Shown: positions 20,306-29,221 of the stretch, piece after piece
How positions within the stretch are numbered: position 1 is the first letter of the stretch
Layout: each line of letters starts with the position of its first letter
Source: a virus
Length of the DNA stretch: 64,000 nucleotides
Strand: one strand, 5' to 3'
Virus record (IMG/VR): IMGVR_UViG_3300013947_000002
Location: 1 to 64,000 of that record
Made by a program: the position numbers and the translations under genes
The notes under the pieces: generated by a model
The model's database searches: none
The model's input: the letters and a program-made list of their open reading frames with translations, nothing else
What the model was told of the DNA's origin: nothing

Positions 20306-21130
20306 TTATTTATTTATAATATTGTTTATATTCGCAATCGTATTGGGGTCGGCTTGTTTTACCTTGCCATCTCCACCCATAGATTTATTGTAGGATTCAA
20401 CAGATGTAATATATCCATCAAATCTATCTTTCTTCTTCTTATATATCCAATGCTCAAGCTCTTTGGCTTTACCGGCATATAGCATGATTGGACGCAAGGT
20501 TGTGAACTCAACCTCGCCTGCACATTCTTCAAATAACAACTGTAATGACCGCATAGAATATTGCATGAGCGCCTGTTTGCTAATGCCACAATGAGCCGTA
20601 ATGATAGCCATGCGCCGCTCTAATGATGGAACATCAATACCCTTGCTTTTTAACCTATCTACATCTTGCATTGCCTTCTTTAAGTCAGGGTCAATATATT
20701 CATCATCATAATGCGCTATATTCTGATATAATATAACCCGCTTAATATCATCGAATTGCTTGCCCGTTATCTCAAACGAATCATCGGGCGCAACTAGGTT
20801 GATTTTCTTCTTTTCATTCATCTTGATTTTCCAGTCTGGCATACCAAGACACAATTTCATGATATTGCAGAATTTATCTAACCCTATCTTCGATTGGTCT
20901 GTTGGTAGCATAACTTTGAACAAAAAATCAAGATAGCTCATCTGAATTATCTCAACGGAATTAAGTGCGTTTTTATCTATTTGAAGAATATCACAACTTG
21001 ACAAAAAGACCTCACTATCATATACTGATATAGGCGTGATATCTATATGTGTCGTGTCAGATAGCTTATATGGCACTGGCTTATCGAAATAAAAATATGC
21101 CTTCTCAAGGACGGATATATCAATCGCCAC
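20306..21130 (-). CDS. hypothetical protein (head-tail region)
   Basis: Track ORF is 20306-21208. The likely start is GTG 21128-21130, which has an AAGGAGA RBS and overlaps the stop of the upstream gene. Confidence 0.6.
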   Translation of the reverse strand: MAIDISVLEKAYFYFDKPVPYKLSDTTHIDITPISVYDSEVFLSSCDILQIDKNALNSVEIIQMSYLDFLFKVMLPTDQSKIGLDKFCNIMKLCLGMPDWKIKMNEKKKINLVAPDDSFEITGKQFDDIKRVILYQNIAHYDDEYIDPDLKKAMQDVDRLKSKGIDVPSLERRMAIITAHCGISKQALMQYSMRSLQLLFEECAGEVEFTTLRPIMLYAGKAKELEHWIYKKKKDRFDGYITSVESYNKSMGGDGKVKQADPNTIANINNIINK

Positions 21131-21707
21131 AACTAGTCTCCTTGCCAGCATCGCCAACATTGACCGCCATGTAGAGCTGTACGCCTGTGAACGTCTTATT
21201 ATTACCAATGGTTGACCGCGCCGCGCTATATCGGCTCATATCATCTAGGAACATGAGCTTGCCAATGCCGCCTACATCTACACCATTAAGTAAGTATAAA
21301 ATGCAATGAATGAACAAATCTCCGCGATTGACAGGAATGCCGTTATATTCAGCCAAGCTCATCTGGCCACCATATAGGCAATCAAACGCATAGACTACCG
21401 TACTAGTATATAGCTCAGAGGCATGGATATAATACTGGTAAATCTTGACAATCTGCTTAGATTCAGCCATAGCGTCCTCAATCAGATTAGTTAGGAATAC
21501 ACTGTAATTATCCTGCTTGCCCTGCGCCCACACCAGTTGCATCTTCTGCTTAAATGTAAGCGGCTCATGGCTTAACGCCTTATAGTCCTTATATGCCAGC
21601 ATCTTCCAAAAAATATCAGCCATAGGGTCGGTCGATTTAGCTAGATATACCATAATATTATATGGTATAGTCGGTAACCTTGACAATGAATTAAAAATCG
21701 TTATCAA
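21120..21707 (-). CDS. hypothetical protein (head-tail region)
   Basis: 195-aa ORF in the packed late operon. Confidence 0.65.
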   Translation of the reverse strand: MITIFNSLSRLPTIPYNIMVYLAKSTDPMADIFWKMLAYKDYKALSHEPLTFKQKMQLVWAQGKQDNYSVFLTNLIEDAMAESKQIVKIYQYYIHASELYTSTVVYAFDCLYGGQMSLAEYNGIPVNRGDLFIHCILYLLNGVDVGGIGKLMFLDDMSRYSAARSTIGNNKTFTGVQLYMAVNVGDAGKETSCGD

Positions 21708-21717
21708 CCTCCCTTAC

Positions 21718-22476
21718 TTAGCCCATCGGGAACGGCTCGTTCTCGTCCATAGGATAATCAATCGAGCTATTGTCTGCTAGTTGATTCTCAATGTCATCGC
21801 CAGTATGAGCCTCATCAAGATATAGGTCGAGATAAAGCAGGGTCGGCTTTGACATGCCTGCCGCATTGATTGCATTCTGATAAGATAACAGTTTAAACGG
21901 TCTGCCACCTAGCATATAGCGCGTATTCAACTTGAACAACCTATACACATCATCATTACCCTGAACCATAACAACCGCATGGTTATTTGGTGTGATAATG
22001 GGCGTACTGACCTGTGCGGATGGACTAGCCATATCGTAGTCAACAATGACAGGGACACTAAAGATGGTATCGTCATCCTTGATGCGCATATAGTTGTTGC
22101 AACGGCGCACGCCTATTGCTTTTGGTAGACCATCGAAGATGCCTGAGTCGTGAACTAGCCACACATCGTTTGAGAATTTATAGTATAAACCCCTGTCAAC
22201 GACATGGTTGATATCCTTAAAGATGAACTGTAGGAAATCCCTCGTATCCTTCAAACCAGTGCTTGTAGTAGCCACAGTCGGCTTCACCCAAGCCTCAATA
22301 CAATTATACTCATCAGAACCAATCGCCACCTGTTCGAGCAATGCGTCGCCATTCTCAGGCGTTTTAGCCGAGGTGTCATACCATTGTGCGTTTATAAATT
22401 CTTGCGTCAAGTCGCGGTAATAATCATTGGGGTCAGGCTGGTAATTAAACATCTCATATGCCATGTCAATCACCAA
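21718..22476 (-). CDS. hypothetical protein (head-tail region)
   Basis: 252-aa ORF that overlaps the upstream gene by 11 nt. Confidence 0.65.
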   Translation of the reverse strand: MVIDMAYEMFNYQPDPNDYYRDLTQEFINAQWYDTSAKTPENGDALLEQVAIGSDEYNCIEAWVKPTVATTSTGLKDTRDFLQFIFKDINHVVDRGLYYKFSNDVWLVHDSGIFDGLPKAIGVRRCNNYMRIKDDDTIFSVPVIVDYDMASPSAQVSTPIITPNNHAVVMVQGNDDVYRLFKLNTRYMLGGRPFKLLSYQNAINAAGMSKPTLLYLDLYLDEAHTGDDIENQLADNSSIDYPMDENEPFPMG

Positions 22477-22732
22477 TCCTTTCCATCTTATTGGTCATGC
22501 GCAATACGCATGAACGAATAATAGGATGGGTAAGCTCAAGCCCCATTTTACTAAGACCGGCCAACGTATCGGCAATTTCGCCATCAACCGCCCTAAATCG
22601 CACAGATAGCCGCTCACAATATGTCGTATAGTCGGCTTCGTCAATACTAGGGTTGGCGCTGGTTAGGTCTTCAAACAGCAATAACACCTTATATAAGGCA
22701 TGGATTTTTTCTTGTTTTTCTGTTCTACTCAT
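22466..22732 (-). CDS. hypothetical small protein (head-tail region)
   Basis: 88-aa ORF. Confidence 0.6.
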   Translation of the reverse strand: MSRTEKQEKIHALYKVLLLFEDLTSANPSIDEADYTTYCERLSVRFRAVDGEIADTLAGLSKMGLELTHPIIRSCVLRMTNKMERIGD

Positions 22733-22744
22733 ATATCCACCCCT

Positions 22745-23185
22745 TTAATAATCATAGGAGGATAGATATAAGAGCTGGTATTTATCGTGAATGAGCCTAT
22801 CTACATCTTCTTCGAGCTTATCAATGACGTTCTGTTTTTCCTTGAAATTCTGTGAGGATACGCCATCCATCTGGAAAGATGATGGAACTTTAAGTTTCTG
22901 TGCAATCTGAGATGCTACGTCCGTCTCGCCGCGCCACCAGTTGATAACCCAATAATCGGCAAGAATCTGAATCTCTAAATTTGTTAAGTCTGCGTCAAAT
23001 TGTCTAAGCTCTGAATCGTATGTTAGAGGTTGTTCACATTCTATAAACTTGGCCGCAGAGCTAATGACCCAACCATCAATTTTGTCGTGGAACATATCAA
23101 TGCTTGCATCATATAACTTACGCAGTTTATAGTCATCGATTACGCTTAATGCTCTTTCGCCAATAACATCAAATGATGTTGCCAT
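22745..23185 (-). CDS. hypothetical protein (possible head-tail connector)
   Basis: 146-aa ORF. The call is positional only. Confidence 0.55.
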   Translation of the reverse strand: MATSFDVIGERALSVIDDYKLRKLYDASIDMFHDKIDGWVISSAAKFIECEQPLTYDSELRQFDADLTNLEIQILADYWVINWWRGETDVASQIAQKLKVPSSFQMDGVSSQNFKEKQNVIDKLEEDVDRLIHDKYQLLYLSSYDY

Positions 23186-23191
23186 AATTTA

Positions 23192-23842
23192 TCACTCCTC
23201 TTCGAGGGGTTCAATATCTAGGAAATCTACACCTGTCAGCTTGCCAAGACGAACAAGGATATTAGCATCTACGGGCTGGCCGTTGAGCTGCTTATTTGAT
23301 ACCATGTCAATGATAATGCGCTTTTGCGAATCGGTCGCATTTTCAAACACGTCACAGACGTGATTTGCGTCCTGACTCAGTAGTGTCTTTAACTGTGCGT
23401 CAGTAAGCATACCATCATATACACCGCCCATGTTACAGGATTCTAGGAACTCATTATCAGGGATATATACATAACCCTCTGCAATGGTATTTGGCATATT
23501 CGCCACAATAATACGCGCCTCAGATTCTTGCACGCTCTTAGTACCAAACTGATTGTCGATATGATACATACGAGTGCCCTTGAGGTTAAGACCGCCTGTG
23601 GTCATATTGATAAATACAATCTGCTTGTTGGAGTTGACAGAATTAACAGGCGTTGCTACATTGCTCTGTGCTTGCATAAGAACCTGCATCTGCGCCATCA
23701 TTTCTTCCATGCGCTTCTGCTGTTCTGCAAGTTGCGCCTTTAGCTGTTCCTTTTCGGTATCAACAATTGGGGCAGTTGCAGTTGTCTCTTTCTTTGTCGC
23801 CGTCTTAGCTGTGGAGGTTGTAGATTTGGTTGTAGTTGCCAT
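23192..23842 (-). CDS. hypothetical protein with Thr/Lys-rich N-terminus and coiled coil
   Basis: 216-aa ORF. First gene downstream of the capsid gene. Confidence 0.6.
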   Translation of the reverse strand: MATTTKSTTSTAKTATKKETTATAPIVDTEKEQLKAQLAEQQKRMEEMMAQMQVLMQAQSNVATPVNSVNSNKQIVFINMTTGGLNLKGTRMYHIDNQFGTKSVQESEARIIVANMPNTIAEGYVYIPDNEFLESCNMGGVYDGMLTDAQLKTLLSQDANHVCDVFENATDSQKRIIIDMVSNKQLNGQPVDANILVRLGKLTGVDFLDIEPLEEE

Positions 23843-23878
23843 TCCTTTTAATTTCCTTTCTTATTTCCGTTATAAATT

Positions 23879-23903
23879 AAGGTGGGGTTATTAGCCCCAC
23901 CTT
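23879..23903 (-). terminator. strong hairpin after the capsid gene (attenuator/terminator)
   Basis: 9-bp perfect stem AAGGTGGGG/CCCCACCTT with a weak U tract. Confidence 0.4.
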
Positions 23904-23911
23904 AGACATGA

Positions 23912-24586
23912 TTACTCTGTAATCGTGAAAATACCAGCGTATGCGGATGCCACGAACTGGAAGTCGTATGCCTTACGGAGAGTTGCGTTCTGGCTGATAT
24001 CAGCATTGTCATAGAACTGGTTGATATTGCTGAGAGAAGTGCTGAGAGCGCCTTCAATAACCTTATTGACGGATGGGCTGATAACATAAAGAACGTTATC
24101 ATTTAGAGTCATGCCAAAGTTAGAGCCAGTGGGCATCTGAGGTAGCTCGTAAACATCAAAACCGTAGAAGTTCTTGACGAAAGAAACAACGCCTTCCTTG
24201 CCATCAACAGTCATACGATAGCCCATGGTGCTATCAGGTAGAACGTTCATAAGAGCGGCAGCAGTGCCAAGGATGACAGGCTTTGCCATCTGGTTATAAG
24301 CCTGAACGCGCTGTGCAAGCTGAACGAGCTTCTTGGCATCGAATGCGCCGGTTTCCTTGAACTGTGCAGGATAAGTGGCGGCATTTAGACCGGTGTTAAG
24401 AGCATTGATAATTTCGTTATTCATGCCGATTTCGGCAGAGATAACAACGTTACGCATGGACTCGGCAAGATCATCCTTACGGGCATAAACACGAGCCATG
24501 TCAACATAAGTAGTGATGATATGCTCAACAGGAGTTAGAACCATATCGCCACGGAACTTTCTCTGACGGAAAGATGTACGCTCACC
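23912..24586 (-). CDS. major capsid protein, exon 2
   Basis: The frame is open upstream of the track ORF (23912-24544) as far as 24601, reading ..AKGERTSFRQRKFRGDMVLTPVEH... There is no start or RBS for that extension. Confidence 0.6.
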   Translation of the reverse strand, partial: GERTSFRQRKFRGDMVLTPVEHIITTYVDMARVYARKDDLAESMRNVVISAEIGMNNEIINALNTGLNAATYPAQFKETGAFDAKKLVQLAQRVQAYNQMAKPVILGTAAALMNVLPDSTMGYRMTVDGKEGVVSFVKNFYGFDVYELPQMPTGSNFGMTLNDNVLYVISPSVNKVIEGALSTSLSNINQFYDNADISQNATLRKAYDFQFVASAYAGIFTITE

Positions 24587-24690
24587 CTTTGCACGTTGTG
24601 TTCACATAGATTCGCAATATCTATGCCGCCTTGCAGAGCGTTAAGCAAGGCTGCTTATGCTTTCACATAAGACCAGATTATTTCTTCATC

Positions 24691-25086
24691 TTATATATTC
24701 ATATCTATATATGTAAGCGAACGATTACCCTTGACCAAATAATCTATCGCATCAATTAGTTGTTGCTTTGTTGGCAGGTCGTCTTTTTTATTCGCCTTAA
24801 TTCTAAGCACTTTATAACCCTGCCCAATTAACCAATAATTTCTTCTCTTATCCTTTTCTTCTCTGTCTCGATGCCAATATTTACCATCATATTCAACGTC
24901 AATCTTACAATCGTTGAAAGATACGAAACAGTCCATGTTACATGAGCCACAAGAATAACCATCTATACAATTATCATCACCATAAATTTCGTGTAACATT
25001 GCACCTACCGCTTGCTCTGGCTTAGACGATGCAACGTTGCCACTTTTCATCAAGGCTTCGCGCATCTTGGCTATAACTTCTGGCAC
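24691..25086 (-). CDS. Vsr/DUF559-like PD-(D/E)XK nuclease domain (C-terminal half of the intron endonuclease)
   Basis: 'KIDVEYDGKYWHRDREEKDKRRNYWLIGQGYKVLRI' resembles the Vsr-like endonuclease core. It is in the same frame as ORF 25105-25734. GTG start with no RBS. Confidence 0.55.
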   Translation of the reverse strand: MPEVIAKMREALMKSGNVASSKPEQAVGAMLHEIYGDDNCIDGYSCGSCNMDCFVSFNDCKIDVEYDGKYWHRDREEKDKRRNYWLIGQGYKVLRIKANKKDDLPTKQQLIDAIDYLVKGNRSLTYIDMNI

Positions 25087-25104
25087 TTGTGTAGTATAAG
25101 GAAC

Positions 25105-25734
25105 TCAGTACTTAGCCATATTGGATTGTTTTATCTTTTCTGAGATTTTAGGAGTATGAGCAATATTTCCAGCTCCATACTTCTTTTCATTGGTCTCTTT
25201 TATCTTGTCTTGAATTTCTTTAAGCTCGAACACGTTCTTTACGCCAAATTTTTCTCTACATGAATTTTCTCTTTTGGCTCGAACAACATCTGAAATAATG
25301 GCTTTTTTATTGCCATATCGTTCGAGATTTGTTTGCTCTATTCTCTCTTGCACTTCTTTTGATTGAGCAGCATTCTCAACACCATATTTCTCAAGACAAG
25401 TCTGCTTAGACTTTTCTTTTATATCTTTAAGCTGAAAAGGATTAGAAACCCCAAAATTTTCTTGGTAATATTCTACAAATTTCTTTGGTTGGCATTTCTT
25501 GCAACAATCTCTGCCGTTCTCTCGTTCACTAAGATAGTTTACATATTGCTTGGTAATTTCTTTGCTACAATAATCACATATTACTTTAACTTTCTCGTGC
25601 GAACCATTAGGTAAATCTTCTGCATTTACTAATACCTTATCACGACATTTTGTATATTGATATCCCTTATCAATATAATGTTGCCTATTGGCTGGCATCC
25701 AAGTTGTCAATATCTTTTGATTTGGAACTAACAC
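25105..25734 (-). CDS. intron endonuclease N-terminal (DNA-binding repeat) half
   Basis: Cys-rich N-terminus followed by four repeats of the form (K/R)(Y/F)G..N......(EKYGVENAAQ, ERYGNKKAI, EKFGVKNVFE, KKYGAGNIAH). Ends at TGA 25105-25107. Confidence 0.55.
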   Translation of the reverse strand: MLVPNQKILTTWMPANRQHYIDKGYQYTKCRDKVLVNAEDLPNGSHEKVKVICDYCSKEITKQYVNYLSERENGRDCCKKCQPKKFVEYYQENFGVSNPFQLKDIKEKSKQTCLEKYGVENAAQSKEVQERIEQTNLERYGNKKAIISDVVRAKRENSCREKFGVKNVFELKEIQDKIKETNEKKYGAGNIAHTPKISEKIKQSNMAKY

Positions 25735-26080
25735 ATTACTTCATCTCCTTTCGTATAAAGTGTGTCAAGTTAAGTCATAAATATATAAGAGTCGCATTTT
25801 TCGCCCACCATTAGCTTGTGGACTACTCCGCCATTAGCGGATAATCGTTGAACCTATCCCTATTCGGGATGTGGATGCTAAACACCCATTTACATTCACT
25901 TAGGATTTGACCATATGAATATCTCTTGTGCTTTTTTATGCTTTCGCAGCGTATCGCATTTAGGCATATTTCATCCTTATGCTGTAGCGACAAGAGCTTT
26001 AGGGATTCAAAGCAGTTAACGCGAGATACTTGCCAATCGCTTGACAAGCAGGGCGATTGCCATTAAGCGGCAATTTTGTT

Positions 26081-26491
26081 ACCCTTGGAATTGGTGTATA
26101 GAGTACGGGCAGGAATCTCGACATGGATAGCATCAGCATAGCCAGTTAGACGCATATTAACAAATGGAGCAAAGGTACTTGCGACATAGCCGGGGAGGAT
26201 GGTGTTAAGAATGGCATTCTCAACAGCAAGCTCTGCCCAACGAACGACAGGGTTGGCAAACCATGCGTCACGGTTAGCCTCAGTTAGAGGGCAGTTGGAC
26301 ATCTTTTCGATCTCTGCAAAGTAAGCAGAGCAAACCTTCTCAGACTTCTCGGCAAGAGAAACGGAAGCATCATATGCGCCCATCTTCTGATGCCACTCGG
26401 TGTCGGCCTTATGATTGTGGTAATCTTCAAAAGCAGTATAGAAATCAGCATTGCCCTTGGCAAAGGTGATTAGTTCGTTAGAAATTGCCAT
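26081..26491 (-). CDS. major capsid protein, exon 1
   Basis: ORF 26063-26491 (MAISNELITFAKGN...LYTNSKG) with an AAGGAG RBS. Lies after the scaffold and decoration genes. Confidence 0.6.
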
Positions 26492-26531
26492 AGTTATATA
26501 ATCTCCTTTATATAAATTTATTCTCTATGGA

Positions 26532-27017
26532 TTAAGCCATCTTCATTAGAATCCAAGTCTTGACAAGCTCGCCACCAACATCAATAGAGTGGTTTGCAAG
26601 AATCTTGAATGCGTCAGAAGTAGTAGTGGTACCAGTCAGCTTGCCAGTGGTATCAACCTTAGCATAAGTAGAGGTAAGTGGGTCAGTGGTGAAAGCATCA
26701 ATGGAAACCTCAATGCAGTCGCCCTTAACTAGACGCTTGACAGAGATAGGCTTGCCGGCCTTGTTAGTGAAATAACGGGGGTCGGCATAAATCTGAGCCT
26801 CTAGGCCGTAGCCAACTTCGGGAGTACCAGCGATAAGGTCTGCGTTCTGACCAGCAGTAACAGTAAATTCATAGCCGCCAGTAGCGTCCTTGAGCTTCAT
26901 ATCGCCAAGAGTTAGAAAAGTACCATTATCAATATCAGCAGCAGCAATACCAACCATATTGTAGCTGTCTACATCCCAGTAAGCACAGTGAGTGCCGTTA
27001 AAAATGGTGTGTGCCAT
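26532..27017 (-). CDS. putative head decoration/auxiliary capsid protein
   Basis: 161-aa ORF between the scaffold and capsid genes. Its 5' leader is nearly identical to the capsid gene leader. Confidence 0.45.
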   Translation of the reverse strand: MAHTIFNGTHCAYWDVDSYNMVGIAAADIDNGTFLTLGDMKLKDATGGYEFTVTAGQNADLIAGTPEVGYGLEAQIYADPRYFTNKAGKPISVKRLVKGDCIEVSIDAFTTDPLTSTYAKVDTTGKLTGTTTTSDAFKILANHSIDVGGELVKTWILMKMA

Positions 27018-27042
27018 AGTATATAATCTCCTTTATAATAAA

Positions 27043-28557
27043 TTAAATTCTATCCCAAACAGAGTTGGATTTCTTGTTGTTTTCGATGGGTGCCGCAAAG
27101 CGGAATAGCCCATCACTATTTTTCTTTACATTCTTCTTAACAGTAGAGAAACAAACCGCCTTAGCCTTATTTGTCCAACCATCAAGTTCGGCCATATTGC
27201 AAGCCATGCCCTCTTCGCGCATTTCCTTATACTGCTCGTCTGACATAAATTCCTTACATTCAGCCATGATGGATTCAACGGTTGCGGCCTTACGCTGTTC
27301 CTCAACCTCTGCCTTAAATTTGCGCAGTTCTTCTAGCTCTGCGTCCTTTTCCATGATAATATTGTCACGGGATTCAATATCTTTCTCAAGCTCAGCCATC
27401 TTAGCCTTTAGCTCGTCACAGGATAGCTCTTCTTCGTGCTCATCATCATCGTCATGGTCAGGTTCGCATTCGCATTCTTCGGCTTTAACCTCAATCTCTG
27501 GCTCGGTCATTTCTTCTTTCTTTTCTTCTTCAAGAGCGGATTCGGCGCTTGCCTCGACCTCGGTTTCAACGGTAGCGAGTTCCTTAACTTCTTCCATTTT
27601 AGCCTCCTCCTTTCTTTCAGAATCATCATCAAGGTCTAATTTCTTATAAATAGCCTCAATTTTATTTACAACCAAAGCCTCATCATTCTGCTTTGCATAT
27701 GCTAGAGCATATGCTAGAGCCTTGGTTGAATAACGCCATTCACCGTCATATAATCCCATGACGGGATAACCCAACTTGGTTGCCTCTCTATCTTCCCAGC
27801 CTTCCTCAAGTCTGAGGCATACTTTGGGTGCTAGAGTTTTATAATTTTTCTCTTTGACTAAATTTTTTCTTGCTTCATCGCCATCCCATTCGCCTGTATA
27901 TACAGCATCCTTAGACGTGTTGATAGGATGGTTTACATATTTTTCAGTCATTGATTGTTTCCTTTCTTCGACAAAGTTCTTGAGTTGCGATAGAGAATCA
28001 GACTTGGCAAAATATGCCTCAGCCTCCTCGGCAGAGAATCGCACCATTTTAATATCTGCATCAGGACAACTTCCGGCTACGGTTTTTCCGAGCACAGCCA
28101 GCGCGTAGAGGTCTAGTGACAATACTTTGCCATCATCTTTATCATCTTCCACGTTTACGGTCATCTCAACAGAACTATTGCGAAGATTGTCAAACTCAAA
28201 AATATTGTTTAATTCCTTACCGTATCGTTTACTTACAACGGCATACGCGTATGCCTTAGTAATGCCATCTTCTTCAACAAACTCAACCTCTTGTTCGCGA
28301 GGGAAATACCCGTACTGAATTTCCGTGGGGAGATGCGTAGTTGCATCCCCATTCTCAATCTTAGCTACAAGCATAGAACCAAGAATAGATGGAGCATCAC
28401 GACGCAACACCTCGTCGCTAATATCTAAATGATGAGAGTTTTTAGCGGTGCTTAAAAAGCAACACTTAAATACGGTAAACTTGTGCTCTGGGTAAGCATC
28501 GCACCAATCAGGATATTCAACAACATCTTCAAGCTCAAATTGTACATTTTTTTGCAA
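27043..28557 (-). CDS. prohead scaffold protein (possibly protease-scaffold fusion)
   Basis: 504 aa with a long acidic coiled-coil segment (..EEEKKEEMTEPEIEVKAEECECEPDHDDDDEHEEE..). Lies between the portal and capsid genes. Confidence 0.5.
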   Translation of the reverse strand: MQKNVQFELEDVVEYPDWCDAYPEHKFTVFKCCFLSTAKNSHHLDISDEVLRRDAPSILGSMLVAKIENGDATTHLPTEIQYGYFPREQEVEFVEEDGITKAYAYAVVSKRYGKELNNIFEFDNLRNSSVEMTVNVEDDKDDGKVLSLDLYALAVLGKTVAGSCPDADIKMVRFSAEEAEAYFAKSDSLSQLKNFVEERKQSMTEKYVNHPINTSKDAVYTGEWDGDEARKNLVKEKNYKTLAPKVCLRLEEGWEDREATKLGYPVMGLYDGEWRYSTKALAYALAYAKQNDEALVVNKIEAIYKKLDLDDDSERKEEAKMEEVKELATVETEVEASAESALEEEKKEEMTEPEIEVKAEECECEPDHDDDDEHEEELSCDELKAKMAELEKDIESRDNIIMEKDAELEELRKFKAEVEEQRKAATVESIMAECKEFMSDEQYKEMREEGMACNMAELDGWTNKAKAVCFSTVKKNVKKNSDGLFRFAAPIENNKKSNSVWDRI

Positions 28558-28594
28558 TCATCTTCCTCCTTTCTTCAAGGATGGTAATATATGG

Positions 28595-29014
28595 TTAATT
28601 GATATCCTGAGAATCTACTCCGGTATAATCAACAGACCACGTTTTCATTTCCTCAATAAGCCCTTTAGTATAGTGATTCTTTTGCAATTTATTTACATAA
28701 ATATCCTCAATTTGTAACATATGCATCTTTTCATAATATGGTAGCGTCTTGCTATCCATATAACGATAAAACATATTTTTAATCTCACCACGACAGGCCT
28801 CAGTGGTATATGCCACAGTCGCGTCTAGTTTGTTCTCAATTCTCTTGAGTGTCGCCTTAAGAGTGTTTTGTTTTATTTTGTCATCTTGTTCGCTAATATG
28901 CTTATCTAGGATTTTCGCAATATATGCCTTGATAGGTTTGCAAAACAGGGTAATTACTGCACTTAATGAAAGGATTGCTCCTAAAATTGCGGCAATATTC
29001 TTGATTGTCTCCAA
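28595..29014 (-). CDS. membrane-anchored hypothetical protein
   Basis: 139 aa with an N-terminal TM helix (IAAILGAILSLSAVITLF). Confidence 0.6.
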   Translation of the reverse strand: METIKNIAAILGAILSLSAVITLFCKPIKAYIAKILDKHISEQDDKIKQNTLKATLKRIENKLDATVAYTTEACRGEIKNMFYRYMDSKTLPYYEKMHMLQIEDIYVNKLQKNHYTKGLIEEMKTWSVDYTGVDSQDIN

Positions 29015-29039
29015 TCATAGCTCCTCCTTTCTCAGTAAA

Positions 29040-29219
29040 TTATCCTTCTGTTATTCCATTCTTTTCCAGCCATTTAAGCAGCTTTGCGTTTTTCTTATAA
29101 TAATGCGCGTCGTCGTCTAGGTATTTAGCTGAAAATCCAGCTTTATCCAATTCCCATGCAAGCGCACTATCAGCAATAAAATAATCTTCTGGGTTCTTTG
29201 GGATTCCTAAAATAATCAT
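29040..29219 (-). CDS. hypothetical small protein
   Basis: Hand-found 59-aa ORF (MIILGIPKNPEDYFIADSALAWELDKAG...), below the track cutoff. Its ATG lies 2 nt after the portal stop. Confidence 0.45.
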   Translation of the reverse strand: MIILGIPKNPEDYFIADSALAWELDKAGFSAKYLDDDAHYYKKNAKLLKWLEKNGITEG

Positions 29220-29221
29220 GT

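Larger units (their letters stand above)
24587..26080 (-). mobile_element. group I intron in the major capsid gene carrying a homing-endonuclease ORF (boundaries +/- ~10 nt)
   Basis: About 1.5 kb lies between two capsid ORF halves. Its core blocks are shared with the tail and TMP introns. A 3' hairpin at 24650-24680 resembles the one at 19790-19815. Confidence 0.65.
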
